64,000 nucleotides of DNA. Origin: Camelus ferus. Taxonomy: Eukaryota. Location: assembly GCF_009834535.1 (NCBI RefSeq), contig NC_045697.1:4280001-4344000 (forward strand), written 5' to 3'. Numbering within the stretch: the stretch's first letter is position 1; the number at the start of each line of letters is the position of its first letter. Below the pieces are notes generated by a model. It was given only the letters and a program-made list of their open reading frames with translations, was not told the origin of the DNA and did not search any database. The position numbers and the translations under genes were made by a program. Positions 12,801-24,933 of this stretch are shown here, piece by piece.

Positions 12801-13686
12801 GGATGCTCTGCCCAAAGTTCGTCTCCTCGAACACTCACACTCTTCTCCAGGGGAGGAGGCTCATGACCCTCTTTTCTAATGGGAAACCTGAGGCTCATAG
12901 TGGCTATGTGACTCTCCTGGGTCACGCAGTAAGGGCAGAGCCAGGAGTTCAGGCTTCATGTTACCCATTCGCTGGCCCCTTCCCCCACGCAGAGGGCGGG
13001 GCCGCGTCCCTGCAGAGAGCCAGCACCCGGGAGCCCTCCAGGCACAGAGCTGGTGGGATCGGGCTGCAGGCTGTGGCCGCCAGTCATAGGGCACTACTGT
13101 CTCTCCTGCGGTGTCAGGTCACCCTGGGAGAGGGTGCTGGTCTTCCACTTGCAAGCTGTGTGAGTTTGGGGCAGTTGCTTAACTTCTCTGAGCTTCAGTG
13201 TCTCATAAAACAGGACAGGTGGCATCTGCCGAGATCATTAAGATGACTGAATTCTCCTTCCTCTTTTCTGCATGATGGTCACCATCATGCTCCTGGTGAC
13301 GATGGTCCCCAGAAGGCATGACCCTGCACCAAGCGGTCTCCTACCGGTGGTCCCAGAACAGCCCATGAGGTCTGCCCTCTTTTCACCCTAAGAAGGTGAA
13401 GCCAAGAAGCCAAGGCTCAGAGAGGTGAAGTCACTTGTCCAGGATCACACAGCCAGGGAGGGGCAGAGCCAGGATTTGGTCCTCTCTGATGTTGTTCCCT
13501 TTGTCACTGTGACTGTCCCCTCTCTGGCCACAGCTCAGGGGTTGGCCAACTGCGTGGCTGAGTCAGGAGTGCGATCCAGACCCGGGAGGGCATAGCCCTG
13601 CTCAGTGAGCCCCTCCTCATGGAGGGAGGCCAGGACTGTTGGGGAACACCCCCTCCTTGACTCACCCCGTCTGCTTCTCTCACCAG

Positions 13687-13778
13687 GTCCACGATTACCT
13701 TCGGAGCAAGCTCTGCTCCCTGTATGAGAATGACTGTATTTTTGACAAGTTTGAATGTGCCTGGAACGGGAGTGACAG
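13687..13778 (+). CDS. PPP2R2C: B55-gamma penultimate coding exon (92 bp)
   Basis: Read directly, not in the ORF track: [30 protein letters not shown](S). Acceptor ttctctcaccag|, donor ag|gtaacc; phases match the flanking exons. Confidence 0.97.
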
Positions 13779-14335
13779 GTAACCCCAGACCGCCGACCCC
13801 ATCCTGCCTAACTAGGGGCTTTCTGCCCAGTGGAGCCAGCTGGTCACCTGGGCGGAATGCATCGTGGAGTTCACTGTTCTCAAGCCTGATGAATCAGGGT
13901 GTTCCAAGGAGGCCCAGCCTTTCTTGTAGCAGATTTGAGCTCTCAGCTCTCAAGTTCAAGTGCAGAAATGAAACTTCACCTTCTGAGACCACACCTAGCG
14001 TCCACGTGGAGCCCCCTCTCCTGAGTGGTAGTGGAGACATCTTCAGCCAATTTCAGGCCCCTCATCACAGCCCCTTCCCCAGGTTGTCAGGGGTGAGAGG
14101 TGCTCCTGGTGCCCAAGCCCCAGGGGCAAAGGGCTTTAGCCACTGGTCTACGCCCCCTCCAGCCACTATGCTGTAGCTTCAGGCCCAGCGGGGCTCTGGG
14201 GACCACTCACAGCTCCTGCACGTTCTGGGGCCAGGGGACTTCTGCAGTGGCAGCCACTCTCACAGCCCCACCCACCTGGGAAATGGCCCTGAGGCTGATG
14301 TGAGTTCCTGTTTCCCCATCACCTGGCTCAGCCCG

Positions 14336-14418
14336 GGGCAGGTGTGGACAGGAAAGACCCAGGGCAGGTGTGGACAGGGAGACCCAGGGCAGGTGTGGAC
14401 AGGGAGACCCAGGGCAGG
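14336..14418. repeat. 25-bp minisatellite x~3.3 (gggcaggtgtggacagggagaccca)
   Basis: Copies start at 14336, 14362 and 14387, with a partial copy at 14412. Confidence 0.92.
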
Positions 14419-15157
14419 GACCCAGGTGACCAGGCAGGGATGGAAACCACACTGGCCAGTGTATCAGATTGTCACCCACCACACTTCACAGTCGGAGCTG
14501 GTTTGGTGGGTGAGAAGGGGTGGAGTGAAAGCCGGCAGCCTTCGACTCAGCCGCCGTCAGGGGTGTGTCCATCCCATGGACCCCGTCAGTCACGCGTGTC
14601 TGGCCAGAGGCAGGCAGGGCTCTCCCCAAGTTCTGAGTGTGGCTGGTGCTGCCCTGGTCCTGTGAGAGCTTCTGTGCTGTGACCCTGTGTGTCTCTGGGC
14701 ACAGGCACGCTGGGACCGGCAGAGAAGGCGGTGGGGGAGGGGGACCGGGAACCACAGAGACAGGACCTGGAGGGGGCCTTTCCAGGGGCCCCAAGTGGGG
14801 CCAAACCACTGTGTCCCAGGGAGGGGGATTTTCTGGAGCTGCTGCCGACACCCTGGGCTCACCTGGTCCTTGGGGTCTCTGGGCACGGCAGTGATCACAT
14901 CAGAGGGGCCAGCATGGTGGGTACGGGGGTGCGGGGGGAGGTTCCACTGAAGGACACTTAGAAACTCAGACGGAGGGCCTGGCCTGGGACTGGGCTGACA
15001 CAGCTGGGTCAGGGGGGACACAGGCACTCCCTGCAGGGCCTGTGCCCAGGCTGACACACTGGGGGTTCCCCGGCGAACACGGGTAGCCGGTCTTGGGACG
15101 GAAGTTCTATCAGAATCTCAGAAAAGGGACTTATTTCTGGCTGAAGGGGCTTCCAGT

Positions 15158-15162
<5 letters not shown>

Positions 15163-15251
<89 letters not shown>

Positions 15252-15300
15252 GTGTGTGTGTGTATGTGTCTGTGTCTGTGTCTGTGTCTATGTGTCTGTG
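15163..15300. repeat. Compound microsatellite: (TG)26 (TCTG)9 then degenerate TG/TGTGTC
   Basis: Read directly. Confidence 0.97.
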
Positions 15301-15348
15301 TTGGGCTCCCTACTGATGGTGAACACCGTCGGCCTTGCCTCCACATCA

Positions 15349-15362
15349 CCACCAGGGGGCGC
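15349..15362 (+). promoter_or_regulatory. CTCF core motif (perfect CCACCAGGGGGCGC)
   Basis: Exact match to the CTCF consensus core; binding not demonstrated. Confidence 0.6.
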
Positions 15363-17700
15363 CCATGAATAGGAGATGCAGAGCTCCCAGAGAACTGAAC
15401 TCCAAGTTCTTCCTGGAGGACAGGTGCCCAGCGTGGAGCTCAGCTGTCCCGCCTCTCACCCACCACTTCCTGCCATGCGTTTCACATGCCAGCTGCCCCA
15501 GCCCCGGTGGTCCCTGCCACCCCCCTCCACAACCCGCTCTGTTCCCACCCCCTGGAACCCGGTCCACACTGCACCTGGCTCACTCCTGCTGTTACCTTGC
15601 TTTACTGACTCAACTCAAGGCCACCTCCCCCAGGAAGCCCTCGGGATCCTCTCTTCCTTGACCACCCTCCACCCCAGCCTCCTGGGTTTTCCTTCTGTGT
15701 CTCTGCATTTATTACATGTGTTCACCTTGCATCTGTTTGCCTTCCCCACTGGTTGGGGTGCCCCTGGGAGTGGGACTGTAGCTCAGCCCATCCTGAACCC
15801 CTCACTTGGAGCCTCAGGAGTGTCCAGTCAATGGCCATTAACATTCTGGGAGGCACAGGGAATACCACCTCCTTCCACTTCATTGAAAGCATCCTAGGAG
15901 CCTGGCATACCTCACAGAGGAGAATGAAGCCTGGTCCCTGCCTTCCAGGAGCTCAGAGGCTAAGGGCAGAAGCAAGTTTTGTCCTCCAGGGACCCCACCC
16001 TCGCAGACCAAAGCAAACCTTTGAATTCCTCAGGCTCAGCGTGTCCTGGCCTGCTCATGTTCATGGGAAGCTTCCGGGGTCCGGGCTGTGTAGAAGGCAG
16101 CACAGAGCTAGTGGATATCTGACAGCCCTCGCAGCGTCCCTTACCCAACTCCAACAAGACTTAGATGGGCAGCCCGGGGGCGAAGAGAGGGCAGCAGCTC
16201 TGGGGGCACTCCAGCTGCATGCCCTAACAAGCCTCCAGGCCTCTCTGAGTCTGCTCACCTGGAAAGCGGTTCTAATAAACCATGACTTTCAGGGGCTGCT
16301 TTGAGAATGAGACCCTGTGTGTGAAGCTCTTGGCAAGGCCATGGCTCCGTATTGGCAGCAGATAGCCCAATGATTTGCACACAGGGGTCTGTTGTCTGTC
16401 TTGTCTGAAAGAACCCGGCCGAGCCTCCAAGACCCACGTTAAATGCCACCTCCTCTAGGAAGCTCTCCTTGATCTCGTCTGCCTGGGAGGAAGGGATTTG
16501 TGTCTTCCAGTTGCAGGAATCTGACAAGCCTAAGCTTGCTCTGAGGAATTGCAGGCAAGGCTGCCCCAGGACTCACGCTGGACCTTTGGGGCCATCCCCT
16601 CTCTGTCCACTCCCATCTCTGTGCCTCCCTACTTCTTTTTACTCATTAGCCTCATCCTCTCCCACTGCAAATGGCTTCCCCTTGCTGTTAGGGACACTGA
16701 CCCCAAATAGCCCACAGTCCCTCTCCTGGGTCTATGAACATTCTCATGGAAGGATCCGATTGGCTTTGTTTGGGTCACATGCTCACTTTGGGGCCAGTCA
16801 GCATGGGCATGATTATCGCAGGCCACAGCTGGCCAGCGGGGGGGCAGGGTGGAGCGCCATGATTGACAGACCCTCCGGAGCCACAGGGGTGGGGCAGGCA
16901 CCTTTCCCCAGAGGAAGAGGAGAGACAGGGGACAAGCGCAGCCTGCGTCGTGATCCCCACATGCAGATGAGGCACGTGAGGCTGCCAGAGGGGATGCAAC
17001 TTGCCTAGATGCCAGCCAGGGCAGGGACTGCCCTTTTCCCTGTTGAAAGAACCTTCTGGAATGTTAGAGAACACTTCAGAATGGGAGCAGTGGGCCACTC
17101 TGTCCTGGCAGTGTCTGCAGGGTGCTGGGACCTGGCGTTCCCAGGTGAAAGAGACCGCCTCTCGCTGCGGGCGTGGGAGGGGGCTCCGTCCTCCCCGGAG
17201 GTGTCAGCTGGACCCTGCGCCCACGTGGAAGGACGACTGGCCACTGCATGGGCTGCAAGTAACTTTAAGATCTCACTCTCCCCTTCCCGACGGCTCAGGA
17301 AAAGCCTGGGTGTTGTGTGAAAACACCCACAGGGTTCCGCGAGCTGTTCCTCAGAGAACCAGGACCAGCTGCCTTTCTCTCTGGGAACCCATCACCCACT
17401 CTGTCCTCCAGCCCCCTCCCTAGTCTGGGGCTCCCTGTCACAGACGGCCCGGTGGGGCTTCAGGCCACACGGATGGTTAGAACCCAGAAACACCGGTTGC
17501 CATTTAATACACACAGGAGGCGGGATTTACTGAGCCCAGCACTGCTCTCAAGTGTTTTACCGTGTTATCTAATCCATGCTCACCAAGGGCTGGGGTCCTT
17601 CGTTACCACATTTTATAGGCAGGAAAGCTGCCCAGAGAGCTAGGAAGCGTGTCAGGGGCAGAGCTGAGATCTGGACCCTGGATGGCGGACCCAACCTGAG

Positions 17701-17760
17701 CACCGTCCATACTGCCTGCCCTTGGGGCACACCCATCTACACTGCCTGCCCTTGAGTGCA
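17701..17760. repeat. 30-bp tandem duplication
   Basis: actgcctgcccttg at 17711 and 17741 with similar flanks. Confidence 0.75.
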
Positions 17761-20700
17761 TGCCTTTGCCTTTGTCTTTGTCTTTGGGCCCAAGAAAAGC
17801 AGGTGGAGAGAGAACGGTCTGTGTCCCCATCTTGACAGTGAGGCCAGTTAGCAGCCCCAGTCAGCCAGCATCGGGGCCCCTGTCCGGCTCCTGGGCCCAG
17901 GCTGAGCTGGTGGACTCAGCCTTTTCTGTCTGTAGAGCTGCTCTGGGCCCAGGGAGGGGAGGCCTTGGCCCTTGGGCTCTCAGATTCCCCCCCCAGCCTG
18001 TGAGATTGGAAACCAGAGCTCACCCCACCCCCAGGCTGCTGTGCCCACCCCCAGCCGGGCTGGTGTGATTTTCCAAGCTCCCAGATGGGTCTGCGCCCCT
18101 CGGGGCTACCCCTCTCCTGCACAGGCTCTGAGAGCGACCACCACACAGGACAACGTGAGAGCCCTACCCGCACAGCCCGGCACAGGGAGGGGGAGCCGAG
18201 GGAGGGTGGGAGCCCTAGCTCTCCCTGGGGGAGACAGAGTCCACCTGCTCCTGCTGCTGCCTCAGCAGTGTCCCCCAGTGTCCCCCAGTGTCCCAGGGCT
18301 GCACCATGGGTAATCAGGGAGGGCTGTGGAAGGAGCGAAAGCAGGAGTCCCTCACTCATGAAGGGGCCCACCTGGCTCCATCTACACTGACCTGCTGTGT
18401 GTAAGTCCCTGTGCCATGCTGGCAGGGGCCCTCTCTGTGACCCAGCCTGACGCCAGTGGACATCAGCCATGGGGGTGACGGGGAGTACCTGGCAGGGTCA
18501 TGGGCAGGCCCCCCTCTTGTCCTCTGAACAAGACAGGCCTGACGGGGATGCTGCCCTGAGTCGGGAGGTCAGAGTTCATCCTGGCTGGTGATCCCTCGGG
18601 GCAAGTGCCCCCCCCCCCCACACACACACTGGTGCCGGGCTTGGGCTGCAGTGACTTTCAGGCGCCAGGTCTGCTCTGGTTCTGGGACATCCTGAGGCTC
18701 AGCCCACTCTGGGGAATCACACTGTTGGGACATAATTCAGGGGGCATCAGAGCCAACCCAGCCTCCCCCCGGACGAGCCGACTAGGGACACAAGAGGGGC
18801 TTCTCTGGGAAGGAGGGACACGGAGGGCATCCTCCCACTCCCCGCAGCATCGCGGGGTGGGCTCCTCACGCCCGCCCCGCACCTCCACACAGGTGTTATG
18901 TCATTGTCTCTACAGCACACGGGTCTATTCACACGAATTAAGGTTTTAGAATAGAAAAGAGCAGAGCCAGAAAGTACATTAGAATTCTCCACCCACTCTC
19001 CCTTCACCTCCAGAGATGAGATAAATCTCTTAAAAAGGTAGAACCACTTAACTGCCCCCTTCCTGTCCCAGGGCCACCCACAGAGCTCCCCCAGATAGCT
19101 CCCCTCCACTCACCTCTGGTCTGTCCCCTGTCCGTGTCCAGGGGGATAACTGGGCAGGTCATTTCACGCTTTTCTAAGACTTCCAAGGGCGGCTGTGACT
19201 GTGCGACCTTTCCACAGCATGCATGCATTCATTCGTTCATTCATTTGGCAGATACTTAGTGAGCACCTCCTGGGGGCAGGTACCGTCTGGACCTGCAGGT
19301 CTGGCCGTGAGTAAGAGAAGCTTCTGGCCCTTCAGTCCCTTCGGTTTACAAAGCTTTTACTGCGCCCTCCCTCATCCTCACCTGTGCCGGGAGCTCTCCT
19401 TCCCCGCCCGGGGGCTCCGCTCTGCTGCTGCTTGGCTGCTGGGGGCTGTCTTCCCTTCAAGGACCGCTTCCCTGCTAGGAGGCCAGGCCAGGCCAGGCCC
19501 TGGGGACTCACCCAAGACACACCTGCCCCAGGAGCCCCCACCTGGTGTGGAGGATGAGGCACAGGTGGACGCTTACCCAGGGGCATCGGTGCTGTGAGGT
19601 GAGCCGGGAGGGGTCTCCACCTGCCCCCCAGCTCCCAACCCCAGCCCCACCCCCCCTCCCCAGAGAGTGTGCCTGGAGGCCGAGCCCAGGGGCTGTGTCG
19701 GCAGGCCTCTGTGCCCGCTGGCTTCTGGCTGGGCTTGACCACCGGAGACACTGGAATGTCTGAGAATAAAGAGAGAAGCAGGGTATTTATTCCTCCCTCC
19801 CCTCACCCCTCACGCCTCGGGGTGGTATCAGAATCTCCAAATGTACCCGTCCCAGGGCACTGCACTTTCCCTGTGTTCCCTTAGAACCTTCCAGAACCTT
19901 TGGAAACAGCCTCTTTAAGGAACTCTTCTCCAGTCACCCAGTTGGCATGTGCCCTCTGCCCTCTGCTGGGGCCCAGGTGAGCCTCGCCCCCTGCTGCCTG
20001 GGCCCCCAGAAAAGCTGCCTGATAGAGGGGGTCTTCCATCCTCATTGTTCCCGACACCCACCCACCCACCGATCTCTGAATACAAGGTCAGAGAAAGCAG
20101 TCTGGGTGTCAGGGGACGTGGCACCAAACATTAACACTGCAGACTGTGGGCCCTGGCACACGGCTGGCCTCATCGGCGCACGGCCACCTCCAGGAACCAC
20201 ATAGCTTGGGCACGGGCAGCCCCCGAAGCTGCTTGTAGGCTGGAACCAAAAGGGAGTTCCTGGCCCCAACTTGTTGAGGCCTCAAGCCAAGTCAAAGGTC
20301 CTTTCTGTGAAGAATCGGAACTCGGAGGGGCAGACTTCACAGTGAGAGGGGAGACACAGTGCTGTCTTACCCCATTAGGAGACACATGTCACCCCACCCT
20401 CTACCCTCCGCTGGGGAGACCCCTCTCCTTGGGCAGCTTCAGGGACCAGGCAGCAGAGGGGCCTCCCCACTCCATACCTTGGCCGTCACCATCCAGAAGG
20501 GACCAACACTAAGAGATGGTCCACAGGTGAGGTGCCAGGTGACTTCCAATCACAACTTGCCCACTCTCGGGTGGCCTGGGGAGGTGGTCTCCCACAGAGA
20601 TGCTACAGGCTGGGCTCTCACGTACTGTACTCTCCTGGTGTCAGTTTATCAGCCCAGGTTCTCCCGTGAGAAGGTAACATACGACAAGGACATGTGTCAT

Positions 20701-21780
20701 TTTCAGCCTGTGACTCAGCATCACCCAGGGACCCTGAGCATCTGACCCTGCCCAGCCCAGTGCCGAGCAGGGCAGTTTCTCCTGGTCCAGCCAGCTGGAG
20801 CCCTGCCTTTGGGCACCTCCCCCACCTCTGCACGGGATTATTCCTGTAACTTGGGTGATATGGAAGGCCTAGCTCATGTGCGTAACCCTTATAAACCTAG
20901 GGGTGCTCATGGCTCGTCTCGGAGCATTGACACTCTCAGGAAGCACAGCTCATGCCCCAAAGGGAGGAGGAGTCGTCCAGTCTGTACCCACCTCTCCTGC
21001 AGAACATTGGAGAAGACGCCTTCCTTACCCTCAGCATTGCTTCCTGGAAGCCATTCCCGCCTCCCAGTGATTTTGTGTGCCCCACCCCTAGATGCTTCAA
21101 AACCCCAAACCCCTGCTCTAGGCCCAGGCCCATGGAGCTGGTGTTCTTTCTCTCCCAGCTCTTACCATGTAGACTAACATCCTTTCTCTGGTCCAGCAGG
21201 AATCCCTTCTCCTTGGGAGAGGTGAGGGAAGGGGTGGGAGGTGCATGGACAAATATAAAATTCTCTAGCAGGACGGGGGAGGTCTGTGAACACTGGCACA
21301 TCGGTGGCTTGCGAAGAACATTCCTTGAGTCACTCGAGGGCTCAAACAGGAGGCCCCGGGTCCCTGCCCCGAGGGCGGGTCTGGTTGGTTCCGGAGCCCA
21401 CCCTTTGTCAGCCCGGAGTTCATAGCCCTCCGTGTAGTTTGCAGCCTTCTGTGTTTACTTCCCTTTGCCCTCGCTCTGGTGTTGCCTAGTCTCATTGAAA
21501 GTCTAGGGCTCTCGCTCCTGGACTCAAGGGCGAAGTCCAAGAGAATGTTTTTATAATGTTTGGGGCAGAGTATTAACGGGGTCTCGGCCCCTGGCTCTGA
21601 GCCTGTGTGCTGAGGCTGCCGAGATGAGGGAGGACAGGAGACGCCCAGAGGAAGTGGGGACGGAGGCAGGCGTGGCTCCGTCTGCTCCCCGGGCTCCCGT
21701 CCTGGGGAGATGGCCCTGCAGCCCCGAGTATTTCTTCTTTCTTGCGTGGCCCCGCCTGACGCCTCTCCTTCTCCCACCAG

Positions 21781-22072
21781 CGTCATCATGACCGGGGCCT
21801 ACAACAACTTCTTCCGCATGTTTGACCGCAACACCAAGCGGGACGTGACCCTGGAGGCGTCGCGGGAGAGCAGCAAGCCCCGCGCGGTGCTCAAGCCGCG
21901 GCGTGTGTGCGTGGGCGGCAAGCGCCGGCGGGACGACATCAGCGTTGACAGCTTGGACTTCACCAAGAAGATCCTGCACACGGCCTGGCACCCTGCCGAG
22001 AACATCATCGCCATCGCGGCCACCAACAACCTGTATATCTTCCAGGACAAGGTGAACTCGGACATGCACTAG
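21781..22072 (+). CDS. PPP2R2C: B55-gamma terminal coding exon, stop TAG 22070-22072
   Basis: Encodes (S)[96 protein letters not shown]. The C-terminus and WFS1 synteny identify the gamma paralog. Pyrimidine tract plus cag| ends at 21780. Confidence 0.97.
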
Positions 22073-22125
22073 GCGCCCCGCGGGGCCGTCCCCGCGCGAC
22101 CGTCCGACGGCCACGCGCCGAGCGG

Positions 22126-22139
22126 CCACCAGGGGGCGC
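22126..22139 (+). promoter_or_regulatory. CTCF core motif (perfect CCACCAGGGGGCGC, context cggccaccagggggcgcc)
   Basis: Exact consensus core ~54 nt after the PPP2R2C stop codon, inside a CpG-rich tract. Confidence 0.65.
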
Positions 22140-24493
22140 CGGGCTGCCCCTCCCGCGTCCCGAGGCCGAGGCCGGACCGCCTTTGCTGGGGGTTGTCTAA
22201 TAAAACCAGGAAAAAAAGGATTCACAGCTACGAATCATCGTAAACCGACGCGACTGTCGGCCTTGAAGTTCACCTCTTTCATCCCGTGCTTTAACCGCGC
22301 GCAGTCTTTCCCACGGCATTAGGATTTGGACGTCTGCGCGTTCATTCTTCACCACAGCGGTTCCTTTCTGGGGACGCGGGAGCCCCGGGAGCTGTTTCTG
22401 TCACGCGCCTCCCTGGCCCCAGATCAGGGCTCCGGGGACAGATAACGAAGCTCAAACAAGCCAGCCAGGGATTCTTTTGATGATCAATGGAGCAATTTCC
22501 ACTGTCTCGGAGCTAAGGGTCTCACCTTTTTGCTTTTTGGATCGTGAATTCTTGCTGAGCACCTGCAGAGTCCTCTTTGGGGTTATGTAAATGTCTTTCA
22601 CTATCCCAGGTCGGTTACAGTTTCTTGAGGTGGGGATGTGGGTGTGTGTCTCTTAGCCTCCTTTGAACCACCCTTCGCCCAGCATCTGCCGCGTGCCCTG
22701 CGCAGCGCCGGCCCTTCAGGTCCATGGTCTACTCCCTGCAGCCGCTCTGCCAGCTCTCCTGTCATCCTGGTGGGAACTCTACTGGCTCCGTCCATGATCT
22801 TTCTGAATCTTCATCCTGACCCCGTGAAGTGGGGGCCCATTCATTTCTTCCATGAATGCCAGCAGCTCGCTGAGTGCCAGGCTCTGGGCCAGGTGCCAGG
22901 GATTAAAGGTGAATAACTCGTCATCCCCATTGTACACATGCAGAAACTGAGGCCCAAGGCGTGCGCCAACCAAGCGGAGGAGTCAGGAATCTCGTCCCCT
23001 CCCTCCCACAAGGCGCTGTCCAACCCACCACGTAGGGGATGCACGTTAAAGCAGCGTTCTAGCCTGGAAGGTTCTGAAGACGTCTCTTCATCTTGTGAAG
23101 CAGGCAGAGCAGGTGGGACGATGACGAGGGCCCGGGGAGAATGGAGGAGACCCCTGGTGGCTCCTCACCTGTTTGGTAATGAGGAACCCCACCCTATCTC
23201 CATCCCACATCTGTACCCCAGCCCTCTTCCAGCTGCACTAAACTGCCTCCAAAAGAAAATTGCATGTTATGACCATTTGAGGATAGCTTTTCTTTAACGA
23301 CTCACAGTCTCAGAGGACACTTACCTGAGGGCCACGGAGGATGTGGTGTCTCCAGAACAGTTCCTCCGGCTCTGGGGGGGCTCCCTTGCCGGCCACACCC
23401 CCTTGTCTTTGCCCTTGGAACTGTAGCAGAACCACGTGGCTTGCATTTTGATTCAGAAAACAGAGTGCAGAGGCCTGACGGAATCCACCTTTTTTTTTTT
23501 TTTTTTAACAAAATGTAACCTAACCCAGGAAATAGACCCAACCTGAGATTTTTCTCAACGGATAACAATATACTTGTGTGTCAGAACACAAAACGCATGT
23601 GCACTCACTTCCAGCCATACGATAATTACACAAGGAGATGGCTTATTGGTTTTTTTTTAAGTCAACGTGAATGAAGAATGTTTGTTTATATACCACTGTA
23701 AAATCCAGGTGACCTGGACAGTATTATATGTACATATCTATTCTAATTAAAATTAACAATCACAGGATTGGATTCCTTTTTCTTTCCCTTGTAAAGAGGT
23801 TCAAGAATGTGGTAAATTGTATAGAAATTTGAAGCCAAAATCCAGCTCTGAGGGCCTTACACAATTACTGGGATATTTGGCGCAATCCATTTCCCTTTGT
23901 GATTCAGATGCTGAGAGGAAATTTACATTTGCAGCTAGAGGTTACTGTCAGATCATAGATTTAACATTTACCATTCCTATAAGGTACAGATCTTCCACTG
24001 TATTTGAAAGGAGGTCTTACTACAGTTCCTGGTTCCTTGCTCTGTTTTAGACTTTGGATATCAAGCCAAAAAAGAAAAAAAAAAAAAAAAAGAGAAAAGA
24101 AAGAAAAAGATCTTCTTGGATGAAAAAGCATGTCTTTGGATCCCTGGACAATAAGGGTGTCCAAAGCATATTGTGAATAACATGTGTGTTGAGAAAAGAT
24201 GCTGTGGGGGGAGGGGCAGAACTAGCAATGGCAGAAGGACCAGTAAAATAGTCACAGACTTCGCTTCCTTCCTCTGTTTACCTTTTCTGCTCTTATTGAA
24301 TGTACGGGCGTTCACAGAGTCATTGTGAAGTTGTTCGGTGGTTTTTGTTTCTATTTCAGTACTTGCTGAGGACTGGGCGCTCGGAGGCGCTGGGTACACG
24401 GTACCAGCGTAGACAGACCTGCCCTTGTTGGACTCCGTAACTCATAGGTGCATTTTTGTTTTCTTTGGTGTCTCACAGGTTATCCAACTGTTG

Positions 24494-24535
24494 AATAAAA
24501 TTATAAATATGTTAATACCAGCTTTTTCCAATAAA
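24494..24535 (+). terminator. Tandem AATAAA polyadenylation signals (24494-24499, 24530-24535)
   Basis: Two canonical hexamers ~2.4 kb after the PPP2R2C stop, with a downstream GU/U-rich element. Confidence 0.7.
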
Positions 24536-24933
24536 ATAACAAACGTTACATTGAAAATGAGTCTCAGAATGCTCTTTGTGTTTAATGAGGCCAACCCCGG
24601 GGTGGTGGGTCCCCAATCCAGAGCCAAGGGGTACATGTGGGAAGCCGGGTTCACCTCCAGGGTTTCCTACCTCCAGCTCCTAATGCAGCTTTTAACCTTT
24701 CGGAGCCCTGATTTCATCACCAAGGAAATGGAGCTAATGATTATTACCGACCTCGTAGTTTGAGCGTGTTGGGAGAGGAGTGAAATTAAATTGGATATGG
24801 TCTGCAAAGCACAGAAGCTGGCAGGTAAGAGCTCAGTAAATGACAGCTGTTTTGTTTTGTTTTGAAGCAAGTGAGCACAGCCTGCCATGATTTCCAGATA
24901 TTCTTATACTCTCCCATGATCTTTTGTTGACCC

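Larger units (their letters stand above)
21780..22420. promoter_or_regulatory. CpG-island-like tract over the PPP2R2C last exon
   Basis: Visibly dense CpG (cgcg, ccgcgcg, cgaccgtccgacgg); obs/exp ratio not computed. Confidence 0.6.
22073..24560 (+). other. PPP2R2C: PPP2R2C 3'UTR (approximate end)
   Basis: Follows the stop codon; AU-rich distal part; ends near two AATAAA hexamers followed by a GT/T-rich tract (ctctttgtgttt ~24572). The end point is inferred. Confidence 0.65.

Noticed and set aside
14336..14418. CRISPR-like array
   Set aside because: The repeats are contiguous with no unique spacers, and the DNA is mammalian.
21551..22225. 224-aa - strand ORF over the PPP2R2C last exon
   Set aside because: Also in codon register with the real exon; the same shadow effect.
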